Of a DNA stretch of 64,000 nucleotides, positions 17,975 through 36,274 are shown piece by piece. The stretch comes from the human T2T-CHM13v2.0 reference genome, Homo sapiens. The notes beneath the pieces were generated by a model. The model was given only the letters and a program-made list of their open reading frames with translations, was not told the DNA's origin and did no database searches. The stretch is taken from assembly GCF_009914755.1 (NCBI RefSeq), contig NC_060925.1. One strand, written 5' to 3'. The position numbers were made by a program, and so were the translations under genes. Numbering within the stretch: the stretch's first letter is position 1; each line of letters opens with the position of its first letter.

Positions 17975-18468
17975 ATGCCCTCGCAAAGACGTCCACTCCC
18001 TAATCCCTGCAACCTGGGAATCTCACCTTATATGGCAATAAACAGACTTTGCAGAGGTGACTAAACTTTTGCAGTGGTGACTAAATTAAGGCTCCGGAGA
18101 TGGGAAGACCATCCTGGATTATGCAATGGACCCTAAATATGATCACAAGTGTTCTTATTATACAAGAGGGAGGCAGAGGGCGACACCACCACACACAGAA
18201 GCAGGGAAGGCAGTGTGACCACGGAGGCAGAGACTGGGGTGATGCGGCCACAAGCCAAGGAACACCTGGAGCCACCAGAGGCCGGCAGAGGCCAGGAAGT
18301 ATTCCCCTGACAGCCTCCAGAGAGGGCGGCCCTGCCACACCTCGACTTCAGCCCAGGGATACTGATTTTAGACTTCTGGCCTCCGGAGCTATAAGATAAT
18401 ACATCTGTCTTGTTTTACGCCACCGAGTTGTTGGCAATTTGACACAGCAGCCGCAGGAAACTCATACA
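17975..18468. mobile_element. MLT1 (MaLR) LTR
   Basis: AAAGACGTCCACTCCCTAATCCC...ACAAGCCAAGGAACACCTGGAGCCACCAGA...AGACTTCTGGCCTCC...GGAAACTCATACA. Confidence 0.7.
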
Positions 18469-20127
18469 GACGCAGGAGGAGAGCTTCGAGACGGTTTAGG
18501 AAACTCACATGGAGGGCAGCTCGAGGAGAGCTCTGAGACAGCTTAGGAGGCAGCTGGGGAAAGGGGGAAGGGGCTGGATTTTGTTCTTAGTGCTTCTCCA
18601 TCCCCCTCTCATTCACCTCCTCCTTTCTCCCCTCAAAGCTCCTCAGCCCTTTTAAAATAATTTCACTTGTTGCAGTAAGCAGGTGTCAGTTTTTGTGAAG
18701 GTATGAACACGTTTTAAAACCTTGCGGAAGGTCGAGGCTGCAGTGAGCTGTGATCGCACTACTGCACTCCAGCCTAGGCAACAGAGCAAGACCCTGTCTT
18801 TAAAAACAAAACAAAACAAACAAAAAGACAAATATATATATATATAAAACTCAGAGACATTTCCTTTAAAAATAAAATAAATAAAATCTCTGGAGGAGAA
18901 ACAAGCTTCTGGGCCCATCTCCTCCTCCCTCTCCTCCCTGCCATCTCTCCTCTCCTCAAATGTCCCTGCAGTGTGAACCCCGGCCTTGAGGCTGGGAGCA
19001 GGGAGGCCAAGAGAGGAAGCTGTACTCCGCCTAGCTCCTGGCTGTCAGCACCCATGGCTGGCAGGATTGCCACAAACTCTGGCGCTCTAAAGGCTGATAA
19101 AGCCCCACAGCCTGCACGTCTGGAGCCTGGGCCTCCAGCCCTGATAAGCTGGACCTGTCAGCACCATGGCCACACCTGCTGTAGGCAGTGAGCGCCACCC
19201 GCCTCCCCTGGCCACTCCCACTCACGGCTTCCTGTTCCCTGTGCACAGCCAAGCCCTGGCCACCATGCCTAGGCCACCCCTCCCTGGATGAAGAACAAAG
19301 TGGAGTGGCCATGGGCAAGCAGATTTGCCCATTACATTTCATCTCTGCATCCCCCCAACCCCATCCCGCTCTTAAGCACCAGCGCTGGGGATCAGAAGAC
19401 CTGGGAGATTCAGGATAGGGGTGCTGGAGCCCACCAGGCACACAGTTCCCTGAGGAAGTCACATGGGCCGATCACACGCAGAGCATGAAGTGCTGTCAGC
19501 AGCTCCAACACATTCCTGGGATTCTCCAGCCCACCCCATGTGGCCCTGAGGGGAGTGTGCAAGTGCATGGGGGCTGAGAGCCTGGGTCATTGTCACGGCC
19601 AAGCAGGAAGCAAACTATGAGAGTCTTTGCTCCAGCCGGGATCACCTGTGCCCGCACGTGAGTGGGTACAATGTTCTCCATCCCTCGCCCGGGAAGTCAT
19701 CGTTCATCAAGCCTGGGCTACTTCCCGTGGTGTGGAAAACCTCCACTCACCACAGCCCACCAAGCGGGCTCCAGGATGGACCCAGTCTGCCGGCTCTGGT
19801 AGGAGAGTTAGAAAGGCCTCTTGGAAAAGGTGGGCAGGCAGCCAGGGACAGGCACCCCTAAGAGATCCTCCAGGGCTCTTGCTGGTGAGGGACCCGCTCG
19901 CCCTTCTCACCGTCCTGGGCTTAGTTTAGCAAACACCTGTTCACACCTACCATGAACTCACCACTGTTGGACGAAGGCGACCCCCAAATGTCCCTGCCCT
20001 CGAGGAATGTGTAGTCAAAACAGAGAAAGACCAAACATGTTTTGTCGGGTTTTTTGCTTTGTATTTTATTAATTACAAAGCCCAGATGTCACCAAGTTTC
20101 CCACCAAACCTCAGAAATCAGTGGTAG

Positions 20128-20430
<303 letters not shown>

Positions 20431-20534
20431 TAGCCAGGATGGTCTCGATCTCCTGACCTTGTGATCCACCTGCCTCAGCCTCCCAAAGCACTGGGATTAC
20501 AGGCGTGAGCCACTGCGCCGGGCCCTTTATTTTA

Positions 20535-20729
<195 letters not shown>

Positions 20730-23700
20730 TTAGCCGGACATGGTGGTGTGCACTTGTGGTCCCAGCTATTAGGAGACTGAGGCATGAGAATCGCTTAAAC
20801 CGGGAGGCAGATGTTGTAGTGAGCTGAGATCATGCCACTGCATTCCAGTCTGGGTGACAGAGTGAGACTCTGTCTCAAAAAAAAAAAAAACAAAAACAAA
20901 AAACAAAAAACAAGAAAAACACACCCATATATGTATATACATATGATTCTATATATCCTGTATATATAGAAGAGGACGCACAATTAAAGGTAACTCCCTC
21001 CCATCGAACTCCCAGTCCCTCAGCTCCCACCTACTCCCCTCCCAGGCATCGCTGATCAATTTCTTATGCCTCCTTCATGAATTTTCCTCTACAGCACAAG
21101 CACATGCAATTTTTTTGCATATTTGTACTACTTAAATTATTAAGTTATTTAATTACTAAATTGTCTTAGAGATAATTCCATATGAACATATTTAGACCTA
21201 ATAGCATAACCATGTAACATAAATTCCAAACCAGGATGCGTTGGTATGACATGGGTTGTGTTAAAAAGCCCCCCAATGGATGGATGTAAACCAGAACTGC
21301 CCCAGACAAATGTGTCTTAGCAGGAGCTGGGAGAGAGCCAGCCAAGCAAAGCTGATGCAGCCCCATTCAACTCAACACAGCTTTTCTGGGTGTGTTTTAT
21401 TTTTATTTTTAATTTTTAATTTTTTAATTTAAAAAAATAGAAACGGAGTCTTGCCATGCTGCCCAGGCTGATCTCAAACTCCTGGACTCAAGCGATCCTC
21501 CCGCCTCGGCCTCCCAAAGTGCTGGGATTACAGGCATGAGCCACCGCACCCGTCTGAGTGTTTAACAAGCCTAAGCATGTGACAGTGGGACCTGGGGTAG
21601 GGAGGGTCAGGCTCTGAGCCCCCACAGGCACTGAGCCATCTCTACTCATATCCAGGAGACAGTATGGGGGTTCTGAGGGGAACAACTATGCCAGTTTTTG
21701 GGGAAACATGTTCATCATTTTCCTGAGCACTTCCCTCTACCTTTGCTACGGAAACCCCAGCTCACCCTCCGAGCCTGATTCAAGGCCCATCTGCTTGTCG
21801 GCTTTGGTCTCGGAGAGGTGCCACGGAGTCAGGCTAAAGAGCAGGGCAGGACAGGGGACCTGCTGGGGCTGACCGCTGAGCCACGGACAGCCCTGTGGGT
21901 GAGACCGGTGGACATTGTCCCCAAGCCCCATTCCAGCAGTGCACCCTCCCATGGTGTCATCCTTCTGGCCTCCTTTGGTAGACCAAGTCTCCTTTGCCCA
22001 GGTAGCCTGTCTGTGACAGCCACCTCCCTGCATTTCTAGGCCCCCATTGTCCAAGAGTGACCAGGGCACTTCCCTCTTGGTTTCCACCTCAACGAGGGCA
22101 ACGTGTATCTCTGAGCCCCGGCTTTGTGCCAAGCACTGGAGTTACAACAGCAGGCAGATTCCATGGAGCTGATGTTCTGATGGGGAGCACCAGCACACAG
22201 CAAAAACGGTCCTACAAGAACAGATGGCAATAAGCCTGAGCCTAATGTCCTGGCCTGGGCAGGCCTCTCTAGGGAAGGGACATTTCCATTGTCTCACATT
22301 ACATTGAGTAAGTGGGACTCAGCTGGGCGAGGAGGAGAGGGTGTGAACTTGGTGTGTTGGAAAACAGGAGAGATGGTCACGGGTCTAGGGCTTGGAGTGA
22401 GAGCTGGGCAGGGCTGGAATTTGTGGGGCCTTCTGGACGGTGATAAATTCAGACCCCATCCCAGGGCCATGAGCAGTCGCTAAGGGAATTTAAACAGGAG
22501 TGTGGGGACAGGATCAAATTTGCCACCCTCCCTCTCCAGGGAAAACACCTTGGGCTAAGAGGAAAGGCAAATGATGAAGCCTTGGACTCCAGGCCGGGGC
22601 CCTGAGAGGAGGGAGAGGGGTCGCCTCCATCTCCGAGCAGCGGGACTAAGAGCCCTTTGGCGCCTCACCCCAGGAAGTCGGCTCTGTAAGGACTTCCCCA
22701 GCTTCCTCTGAGGCCAGAGGAGGAGACAAAGAAAGAAAGTCTTGGGCTGGGCACAGTGGCTCACACCTGTAATCCCAGTACTTTGGGAGGCCAAGGCAGG
22801 CAGATCACTTGGGGTCAGGAGTTCGAGACCAGTCTGGCCAACATGGCGAAACCCCATCTCTACTAAAAAATCCAAAAAATTAGTGGGGTGTGGTGGCGCA
22901 TGCCTATAATACCAACTACTCAGGAGGCTGAGGCAGAGAATCGCTTGAACCTGGGAGATGGGGGTTACAGTGAGCTGAGATCGTGCCACTGCACTCCAGC
23001 CTGGGAGACACAGCAAGACTCTGCCTAAAAAAAAAGAAAAAAAGAAAGTCTTGAGCTTCTCTGTCCCTGGGGGACAGCAGCCTAGGCCCATCTGGGCTGG
23101 GGATACCAGGCCCTTTCCTGGTTCATATTTCCCCCCATCCCGCCCTCAGCCTCCGGGAACACCAGCCTCCAAGCTGGCTGCTGCTTCTGCATCCCACCCC
23201 ATGACGCACATCCAGAATGGAGCCAAAAGCATAAGAAGCCAAAAGGACAGTCAAAAAAGGAAGGCAGCCTGGAAGGGCAGCAGCACCGGGAACATGAGGC
23301 TCTGTCCGCTCGCCCTTGCGCTGGCTCAGTGCAGACGGGAAGCGGTTGGAGCCAGTTCCAGCATTCTGCAGGTGGGGCTGGCGGGGGGAGAGGTGCCCAT
23401 GCCCACCGGCCATTGGGCGGTCCCATGCGCCCTGCAGGCTGACCTCATTGTCCAGAATTGTGAGCGTGCTTCCTGGGGTCACATTCCGTGCTGAAGAGCC
23501 CCTCTTCAAGGCCTCGGTTGGCGCCAATGTCTTTTTAGGAACCAAGCCTCTAATTTTAGTGTCCCAGCCTTGACACCTTCTCAAAATAGCTCCCTGTTTT
23601 CTCTTGTGTCCCTGGCCCTTCCTTGGAGAAGGTGAACCCCCTGCATCCCCGTGATCTGAGTTGGTGAGCACAGGTCCAAGGCCTTGTATGGGTTTGGGTG

Positions 23701-25968
23701 TAGGGATCCACGCCCCTGCCATGTGTTTTGTGTGGCAGGACCCAGAGAACTCACCTCTGGGAGGGCAGCTCACAGCACCCACCATGGCAGGGGTCCTGCG
23801 AGAGCCCACTCCCAACTCCTCCCTGGGGGTCTGCCATGCTCAGGCGTGGCACAAACGAAAGTGACTCAAATCCAGGTCCCCAACCCCTGGAAATCAAGGC
23901 TTCATAGCCGCAGCTCCACCTGTAGGAATCGTGGGTGAGCTGACACCTGCGCCCCGGGAGCTCCTCTCTTCCTTTGGCAGGTTCCATGCTGTTCAGGTAC
24001 CAATCCTAACAATGGCCTTTCCTGAACATTTCAATGGTGCCAAGTGCATCTCTTGCATAATTTTGTTTAATCCTCTCAGCCATCCTATGCAGTAGGTGCT
24101 ATAATTGTCCCCAAGGTCATGGAGCTGCCAAGCGATGGAACCGGAATTTGGTGGGTTTTTTGTTTTTGTTTGTTTGTTTTTTGAGATGGGGTCTTGCTCT
24201 GTCACCCAGGATGCAGTACAGTGGCACGATCTCTGCTCACTGCAACCTCCGCCTCCCGGGTTCAAGAGATTGATTCTCCTGCCTCAGCCTCCCAAGTAGC
24301 TGGGATTACAGGCATGCACCAACACACCTGGCTAATTTTTATATTTTCAGTAGAGATGGAGTTTCACCGCGTTGGCCAGGTTGGTCTCAAACTCCTGACC
24401 TCAGGTGATCCATCCGCCTCGGCCTACCAAAGTACTGGGATTACAGGTGTGAGCCACCGTGCCCAGCCTAGAACTGGAAGTCGAACACAGGAAATCGGGC
24501 TCCCAGCCCTCGGCCTCATGCTACTCATGGTGCTGCCACATAAACATTCTCCTTGCACCAGCCCTTTCTCCACTGCCTCTGTCACAGTCCCTTCCAGAGT
24601 GCTCTGCTCAGATTCTTCTAGGCATCCTAAGCGAGTAGAGCAGAGAGGTTGTGCCGCTTGCCTGAAGTCACACAGCAAACTAGGGGCAGATGAAGACACA
24701 CAACTCCAGAGGGCTGAGATCCAGGAAGCATTCCTGGAAGGAGGCTAAAGCTTAGCCAAGAGGTGAGCAAAGACTGTGGTCCCAGGCAACAGCCAGGCAG
24801 TGTGTCGGGACCTGGCAGGGCTCATCTAGCAGTCTTTTCCCCAACAGATTCGTGTTCTCAGCGGCAGGAAAAGCCCTCTAAAGGTGCCACCAGCTGGCCG
24901 AGTGGCAGGTATCCAGGAAGCTTGATTCGACAGCTCCCAGGGACACTGGCCACTAGGACCCATATTTTTCTGGGAAAGAGACACACTGGAAAGGAGAAAA
25001 GCCAGGGTGGGTCCTTCCTGGGCCTCCTCCTGCTGCAGTCAGAGCCCAAACCCCACACCCAGGGGCTCCCTGGAGGGACTGTGAGTGGCCAGAGCTCCCT
25101 TCAGGGCCCGAGGTCTGGCTCCTCCCTCAGGTTCATGCCCTGCAACCTGAGGGCCTGTCCCATTGATCACGATGGGGTGGGGAGGGGGAAGACAGAGACC
25201 GGCTGGTGCAGGTGATGGTGGGGAGACCAGGGCACTGGGCCCCATGGGGCTGGCTCACTCCACTCAGCCAGGGAAGAACACATTAGGGGCTTGGGAAACT
25301 CCTTCAAATCCCTAAATTGTCTAGGCTCATCCAAGCAGTTTTCGACTATCAGGACAGGAAAATGCAGTTTTTGTCTAAGTGAGTCACAGCCACTCTTCTG
25401 AAAGTGCCAGGTGGGTGGGTACACATGCAGGGCCAGAGGGCGCACCAAGAAGAAGAGAGGGGTCAAGACTCAGCCAGAAGCAGGTGCCCAGCCTTGGAAT
25501 GACCGGAGACAGTCATCATAACACTGGGCTTCCCACTTAAATTATGCCGAGGGCCGGGCACAGCGGTTCACACCTGTAATCCCAGCACTTTGGGAGGCTG
25601 AAGTGGGCAGATCACTTGAGGTCAGGAGTCCAAGACCAGCCTGGCCAACATGGTGAAACCCTATCTCTACTAAAAAAAAAAAAAACGAAAATTAGCCGGG
25701 TATGGTGGCACACGACTGTAATCCCAGCTACACGGAAGGCTGAGGCATGAGAATCGCTTGAACCCAGGGGACGGAGGTTGCAATGAGCCGAGATCATGTC
25801 ATTGCACTCCAGCCTGGGTGACAGAGCTAGACTCTGTCTCAAAGAAAAATAAATAAATAAAGAAAGAAAGAAAGAAAGAAAGAAAGCTGGGGTTGCCAAC
25901 CCAAACACCTACAGGGGCCGGGTGGTTGGTGTAATGAAATAATGAATGAAGCCAGCCAGGTGACAAAT

Positions 25969-27261
<1,293 letters not shown>

Positions 27262-28931
27262 ACAAATAACACCTGACCCTTGGCCTAGGTGTTGAGGACA
27301 TACTGGGCATTTGGGAGGCTATGGGAACTGGAGAAGGGAGCAGCTCAGTGCGCTTGAGTACTGCCTTGTGGGAATGCACCTGTACTGTCAGAGACAGAGG
27401 GATATCTTTAAAATCTTAGGTAAGTATCTGTTTTTTTAATGTTGGCAAAAATTTTAGAATTTTTTTTACTGTTGAGAGTTTCAAATAAAATGTGTCTGCA
27501 ACCTGTATTCAGCTGTGGAGAGAGATGGAGAGGTAGCATGTGCTGTGAGATGATGCTTTTCTTGTTTGCAAAACACAGCGTCTTGTATAATTGTCACTCT
27601 AACTCTGTGAGGCAGACTGGGCAGGTCGGCCGTGCCCATCTGATAGATTAGGAAAACTGAGACCCAGATGAGTGAAGCACTTTGCAGGTGTCACACAGCA
27701 GTGGCAGAGCATGGATTTAAACTCAGTGCTGCCAGACAGGGGGGCTCATGCCTGTAATCCCAGCAAGGCCAAGGTGGGAGGATTGCTTGAGGCCAGGAAT
27801 TCAAAACCAGCTTGGGCAACATAGCAAGATCCCATCTGTAAAAAAATAAGAAAAAATTTGCCAAGCTATGGTGGTGTGTAACTGTAGTCCCAGCTGTTGG
27901 AGAGGCTGAGGTGGGAGGATCGCTTGAGCCCAGGAGATGGAGGCTGCAGCAAGCTATAATTGAGCCACTGCACTTCCAGCCTGGGCAACGGAACAAGACC
28001 CTGTCTCAAAAAAAAAAAAAGAAAAATAAATAAATAAACTCAGGTGTCTCTGATTCCAAAGGTTGCCCTTTCTGCTCTGCTATGTCAAGGCTGTGTAGTG
28101 AGTGAGGGAAGGGGTGGGCAGCTCGTGGGACTGGGAGCCACTCTCTGCACTTTTCACCAGGAGAGCTGACCCAAGCCCTGTCACCTGAACTCTCAGCATC
28201 TAGAGAAAAGCAAATGGTGGAGATAAAGTTGCTGAGGTGCTGGTGGAGCATGTGACATGAAGATTTCTGTAGGTCCAAAGATGGCCCCCACCTCTCTGGG
28301 GCTGGCCAGTGGAATGCAGAAAAGGAGAGTCCACCGGGCGTCGGTGATGAACGGATTCCAGTGTCACTCCCAGGAGCTCCAGACTGAGACCTGCCCCACC
28401 TCAGAGGCCCCCTTCCCCATCCATGGGCTTCCTGTGTCTCACTCAATCTGATTCCTCACCCTGCAAAGGGTCCTCATGTCCCTGGAGCTTGCCTGCTTCT
28501 TGGAGTCCCATAGCTCTGAGATCTCAAACCTCCAGTGGGGGAAGCACAGCCCAGGTGCCTCCCATCCTACCCATCCCATCCACAGGACAGGAGCAAACCA
28601 GTTTGCTGTGGACCCTGCCTTCGAGACCACCTGGCATTCCTGGTCCCCTAAAAGAAGCCTAGGAGAAGCTATTTGGGACCAAAGACAAACCTCCCCAGCT
28701 CATCTCCAGCTTCTGAACACCCAGGACACAAACACACATTGGAAACACCTGTTTAGTGTCTCCCCTGGCACAGGACTCCCAGCTTTACCGCCAACCCACT
28801 CCGGGGCTTAATCACTCACTGCCCAGATACAGGTGCTCTAAGCACCAGTTTGTGGGGACAGACTCAGCCTTTCCAAGGGAAGTAAACAGAAATCGCCCAC
28901 CTGTAGGACTGAGTTCTTGTTGTTTTTTTAA

Positions 28932-29327
<396 letters not shown>

Positions 29328-30218
29328 TAGCTAAGCTTACAGATGTGTGTCACTGTGCCTGGCTTTGTTGTTTTGTTTTTTTAATCCCTGATGCATGGTA
29401 ACATGATGAGGTTTTACCTGCCAGGCTTTTCCTAGCAAAGCAATTATTTTTTAGGTAGAATTATCCCTCCAGCCTATTGTGAAAGAAGCAGAAGTTACTG
29501 GAAAGTTGGAGTGATTGCCCAAGTCCCCAGAAGGAGGGGGCAGCTATTAGTGCAGCTGTCTGTGGGCTTGAGAAGCAGTTTCTGGAACTTTCCTCACCCC
29601 ACCCTTCAGTCCTGTCTTATTAGAAGCCCAATTCTGTCCTTGTTCAGGAACAGTGTAGCCATGAATACAGCCCCATGCTGGGCTCTGACAGCTGACAGGA
29701 CCACCAACATGAGGCCCGTGGATGGTGGAGGGAACCTGCACTCACTGACCACCTATCATGATTTGGTGCCGACCCGTTTAACCCTTATGTTGACCTGACA
29801 ATAGGCATTATTACCACATTTTACTGGTAAGCAACCTGAGGCCCAGAGAGACAGAGCAACTTGGCCAAGATCACACAGCCTTTAAGAGGCAGAGCTGAGA
29901 TTTGAACTGAGGTCTGTGTATTTGCAAAGTCTATGCCTGGGCAAAAATCTCAGGAGAGATGGAGTGAGTTGACTCAAACCACCGCGTACTGGTCCCAGAC
30001 CAAATGGGGGACAGGCCTCCTGCACAGCCAGGAGCACCCACCCAAGGACCAAGATCTCATCTGAGAGTTCTGTGTCTCACCTACCACCTGGGGTGTGGAG
30101 TGGGGAAGAACCCAGCCTGGCCTTGGGCTGGGCCACCACCCTGTCTTCCCACACCTGGTCAGCCTGCTCCTTCCCAAATCAAGCATGCAGTGTCGCCCAG
30201 GTAAGGAGAGAGCCTCCA

Positions 30219-30232
30219 GCGCCACCTGCTGG
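30219..30232 (-). promoter_or_regulatory. CTCF motif
   Basis: Minus strand CCAGCAGGTGGCGC(TG), a full match to CCASYAGRKGGCRS. Confidence 0.75.
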
Positions 30233-30445
30233 AGATGCAGTAGCAGCGCCCTCCAGGGGACCCTGCATCCCCAGAGTGTCTGGGGAGAGTGGGGTGAGAT
30301 ATAATGGGGGAAAGGGAGGGGGTCAGTGCGTCTCGCAGGCAATTATCTCCTATACTTGACCCCATGAACAGGGGTGAGTATTCCTCCTTCTAGAACCTCA
30401 GAAAGTTGCAGCTGGAAGGCTCAAAGCAGGGAACTGATCTTGCAA

Positions 30446-30900
30446 GGATGGATGGGTGGATGGGTGGGTGGGTGGGTGGATGGATGAATGGGTGGGTGAG
30501 TGGATGGATGGATGGATGAATGGATGGATGGATGGATGGATGGATGGATGGATGGATGGGTGGGTGGGTGGATGGATGGGTGGGTGGATGGATGGGTGGA
30601 TGGGTGGATGGATGGGTGGGTGGATGGGTGGGTAGGTGGATGGATGAATGGGTGGGTGAGAGGATGAATGGATGGATGGGTGGATGGATGGATGGGTGGA
30701 TGGGTGGGTGGATGGATGGATGGGTGGATGGGTGGTTGGATGGGTGGGTAGGTGGATGGATGAATGGGTGGGTGGGTGGATGAATGGATGGATGGATGGG
30801 TGGATGGGTGGGTGGATGGATGGATGGATGGATGGGTGGGTAGGTGGATGGATGAATGGGTGGGTGAGCGGATGAATGGATGGCTGGATGAAAGCATGGA
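30446..30900. repeat. (TGGA/TGGG)n simple repeat, about 450 bp
   Basis: Direct inspection; source of the HPSI/MDGW ORFs. Confidence 0.95.
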
Positions 30901-32049
30901 TAAAGTCATGTCTTCTGCCAAGGGCCAGACCAGGAGAAAGGCTAGCTAGTTTCTGTGCATGGAAACAAGGCAGTTTTCTGCACAATGTCCTGGCTGTTTG
31001 AATTCAGAGAGGAAGAACAGAGGAGCCATCTGGGGCCTCATGTCATCCCTATTTTCCATCAGCCTGAAATTTTCATACCAATCATTATCATTAGCAAGCG
31101 TTGCAACTATAAACCTCCCCATCTTCCTTCTCCCAGCCTTGCTGCTGGCACAGCCTCCAGTGATGGGGAGACAGGGACAGGGCTCACCCTGACCCCAGGA
31201 ACCTGGCAGGGGCAGGCAGTTCATCTCTGGGGAGGAAAAGAGGCAATCCAGGGCTGTCCCCACAGCTCACATAGATCAAGTGTGTGCTATGTGTCAAATC
31301 CTCTGCCCAGCACACTGAAGGCATGGTCTCATTGACCCTGGCCGTGACCTATGAGGGAGGAAGGGAGGGAAGTTTATACCCAGAGTGAGGCATCAGTGTC
31401 CCCCAGTCCTCTGTCTGCATAGAAGTCCCCAGGACCCAGTCCTGCTGACACCTTCTCCTGTGTAGGCCACGAAGGGAGAAGCATCAGGGACGGATGAAGC
31501 AAGCCACTTCCAGAGCCAGACTGCCTTATCTGGTGATCACTGATCAGCAGTGTGATCTCGAGCAAGTTACTCACCTTCTCTGAGCCTCAGTTTCCCCCGG
31601 GCACAGGCAGAATAACAGCATGTGTTAATTCTGATTGGTGGCTGGGACATATGCTTATTACACTAAAAAATATATATATAATATATATAATTGAAAATTA
31701 AAAATATAAAATTAAAAATTTATATAAAATTAAAAATTTCAGGCCCTGTGCAGTGGCTCATGCCTGTAATCCTAGCACTTTGGGAGGCTGAGGCCAGAGG
31801 CTTGCTTGAGGACAGGAGGTGGAGAGCAGCCTGGGCAACACAGCAAAACCCAAGACGTAATCTCTAAAAAAAAATTTTAAGCCGGGCACGGTGGCTCATG
31901 CCTGTAATTTCAGAACTTTGGGAGGCCGAGGCGGGCAGATCATGAGGTCAGGAGTTCAAGACCAGCCTGACCAACATGGTAAAACCCCATCTCTACTAAA
32001 AATACAAAAATTAGCCGGGCGTAGTGGTGCGTGCCTGTAATCCCAGCTA

Positions 32050-32620
<571 letters not shown>

Positions 32621-33081
32621 TCACCACTGGCATAACTGACCAAGTGACAGTAGCAATGCCGGGCGTGGTGGCACATGCCTGCGGTCCCAGCTACTCAGGA
32701 GGCTGAGGAGGGAGGATCGCTTGAGCCCAGGAGTTCGAGAGTTTGAGGCCAACCTGGGCAACATAGTGCAACCCTATCTCAAGAAAAAAAAGCAAGGTGC
32801 TAGGCCAGGTACGGTGGCTAACACCTGTAATCCCAGCACTTCGGGAGGCTGAGGCGGGTAGATCATGAGGTCAGGAGATCGAGACCATCCTGGCTAACAC
32901 AGTGAAACCCCATCTCTACTAAAAATACACAAAATTAGCTGGGTGTCGTGGCGGGAGCTTGTAGTCCCAGCTACTTGGAAGGCTGAGGCAGGAGAATGGC
33001 ATGAACCCGGAGGTGGAGCTTGCAGTGAGCCAAGATCGTGCCACTGCATTCCAGCCTGGGTGACAGAGCAAGACTCCATCT

Positions 33082-33120
<39 letters not shown>

Positions 33121-33971
33121 CCAGGTGCTGAGAAATGCTTCATGATCATCTAATGCTTTGCTAGCCCTATAAGGTAGATGAAGGGCTGTTGTTTGAGATA
33201 TTTAATGTCAAACAAATAAAATTAAAAAATGACAAATGGAATCTAATCAGGGTTGCCGATCTGACATCTAGTTTAAAGGAAGTTCAGAGGGCATAGGAAG
33301 AAATTAAATTTGCAGGAAGAAATTCTGCAAATCAGATCAAATTCAGGATGAGGGATATTCCATAGGATAGGTAACTGATCCAGTCCTTCAAAAGTCTTCA
33401 GTGCCCCCCCTCCCCCCGACACACACACACACAAGGTGATGGGGAATAAGAGTCGTTCAGATTAAAGAAGGCTGAAATGATATAATTACCAAATGCACTG
33501 TGAGGATCGTTTTAGGACGCTGATTTGAATTAATCAATTCTAACAGGTCGTTTCATAAACAAGTAGGGAAATTTGAATATAGACTGATGTCTAACTTTAT
33601 CAGAAATAACAGAGACAAGAAGATAATTGAATATATCCACTTACTTTAAACTGCCAAAAGAATAAAAACCCTGTGAATGCAGAATTCCATATCCAGCTAA
33701 AATTTCCTTTAAATATAGGTAAAATAGATGATTTTAGACCAAAAACAGCAAGAGCTTTTCTTTCAATCACAAGCAGTTGCAGATTTCTTTGTTCCCTCTC
33801 CATTCCCTGCTTTCCTTCACTAGCCTTAAAAAAAAAAAAAAAATTGTCTCAAGGCCGGGCGCGGTGGCTCATGCCTGTAATCCCAGCACTTTGGGAGGCC
33901 GAGGCGGGTGGATCACGAGGTCAGGAGATCGAGACCATCCTGGCTAACACGGTGAAACCCCGTCTCTACTA

Positions 33972-35230
<1,259 letters not shown>

Positions 35231-36118
35231 CGTAGCAATCCCCTATGTAGGATTTGTTTCAAGGGCTCAGACCGGCACAGAGCCCCCCAGCTCTTCCTTG
35301 CCTCAGATTCTGTCCTTGGGTGATCAAATCCTGCTTTCTGTCTCCTAAAATTGTCTCTAGCGCTTTCTCTGGGACCACTCTAGTGCCTCTGAGCAGGCAT
35401 CACAGGCTGGCCCATCGGATCATTATTTGTACTTTGGTCTTATGCTTTATCCCCTCCAAACCAACGGGCTCCCACTCTCAGCTGGGCTGCAGAATTTCCC
35501 ATCCCCCTGCCTCTAACATTCCTAGGGGACTCTGTTCCTTTCCTCCCTCCTATCCCTTGCTTTCAAGTTAGTTAAAGCTAGACAATGAGGTCGGTGCAAT
35601 GCGTCTGCATCTGGCAGGGGCAGCCACCTTCCTTGGAAATGGGGAGAGATGGTGCAAGAGAGAAGAGAGCCGGGAGAATAGGGGTGGGGCCCCAGGGCTG
35701 AGGCATGCCCTCCTGAGCTACTGCAAACTGCAGCCCCCAAGGGCCCAGGTGACATCATGTAATGGGCCTTAGCAAGACCCCCTTCCACTTCTGGGCCCTT
35801 ATCTTCCCCTCTCAGCTCCTGACCCCTCCCCAGTCAGATGCCCTTGTTTGTAAGCTCTGCATCTCTCCCCTTCCCTCTCTCTCTTTCCCTCTCTTTTCAA
35901 TATCATTGTTCTTTTATTCTTCTGATTATAAAAATTACTGTTGGCCAGGCCCTGTGGCTCACGCCTGTAATTCCAGCACTTTGGGAGGCTGAGGTGGGTG
36001 GATCACGGGGTCAGGAGATCAAGACCATCCTGGCTAACACGGTGAAACCCTGTCTCTACTAAAAATACAAAAAAATGAGCCGGGCATGGTGGCTGGTGCC
36101 TGTAATCCTAGCTACTCA

Positions 36119-36274
<156 letters not shown>

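Noticed and set aside
18476-18549. Imperfect 25-bp direct repeat AGGAGAGCT..GAGAC.G.TTAGGA
   Set aside because: Only two copies at an LTR edge; most likely a small neutral duplication.
30398-30985. His/Pro-rich and MDGW-repeat ORFs
   Set aside because: Translations of the TGGA/TGGG microsatellite.
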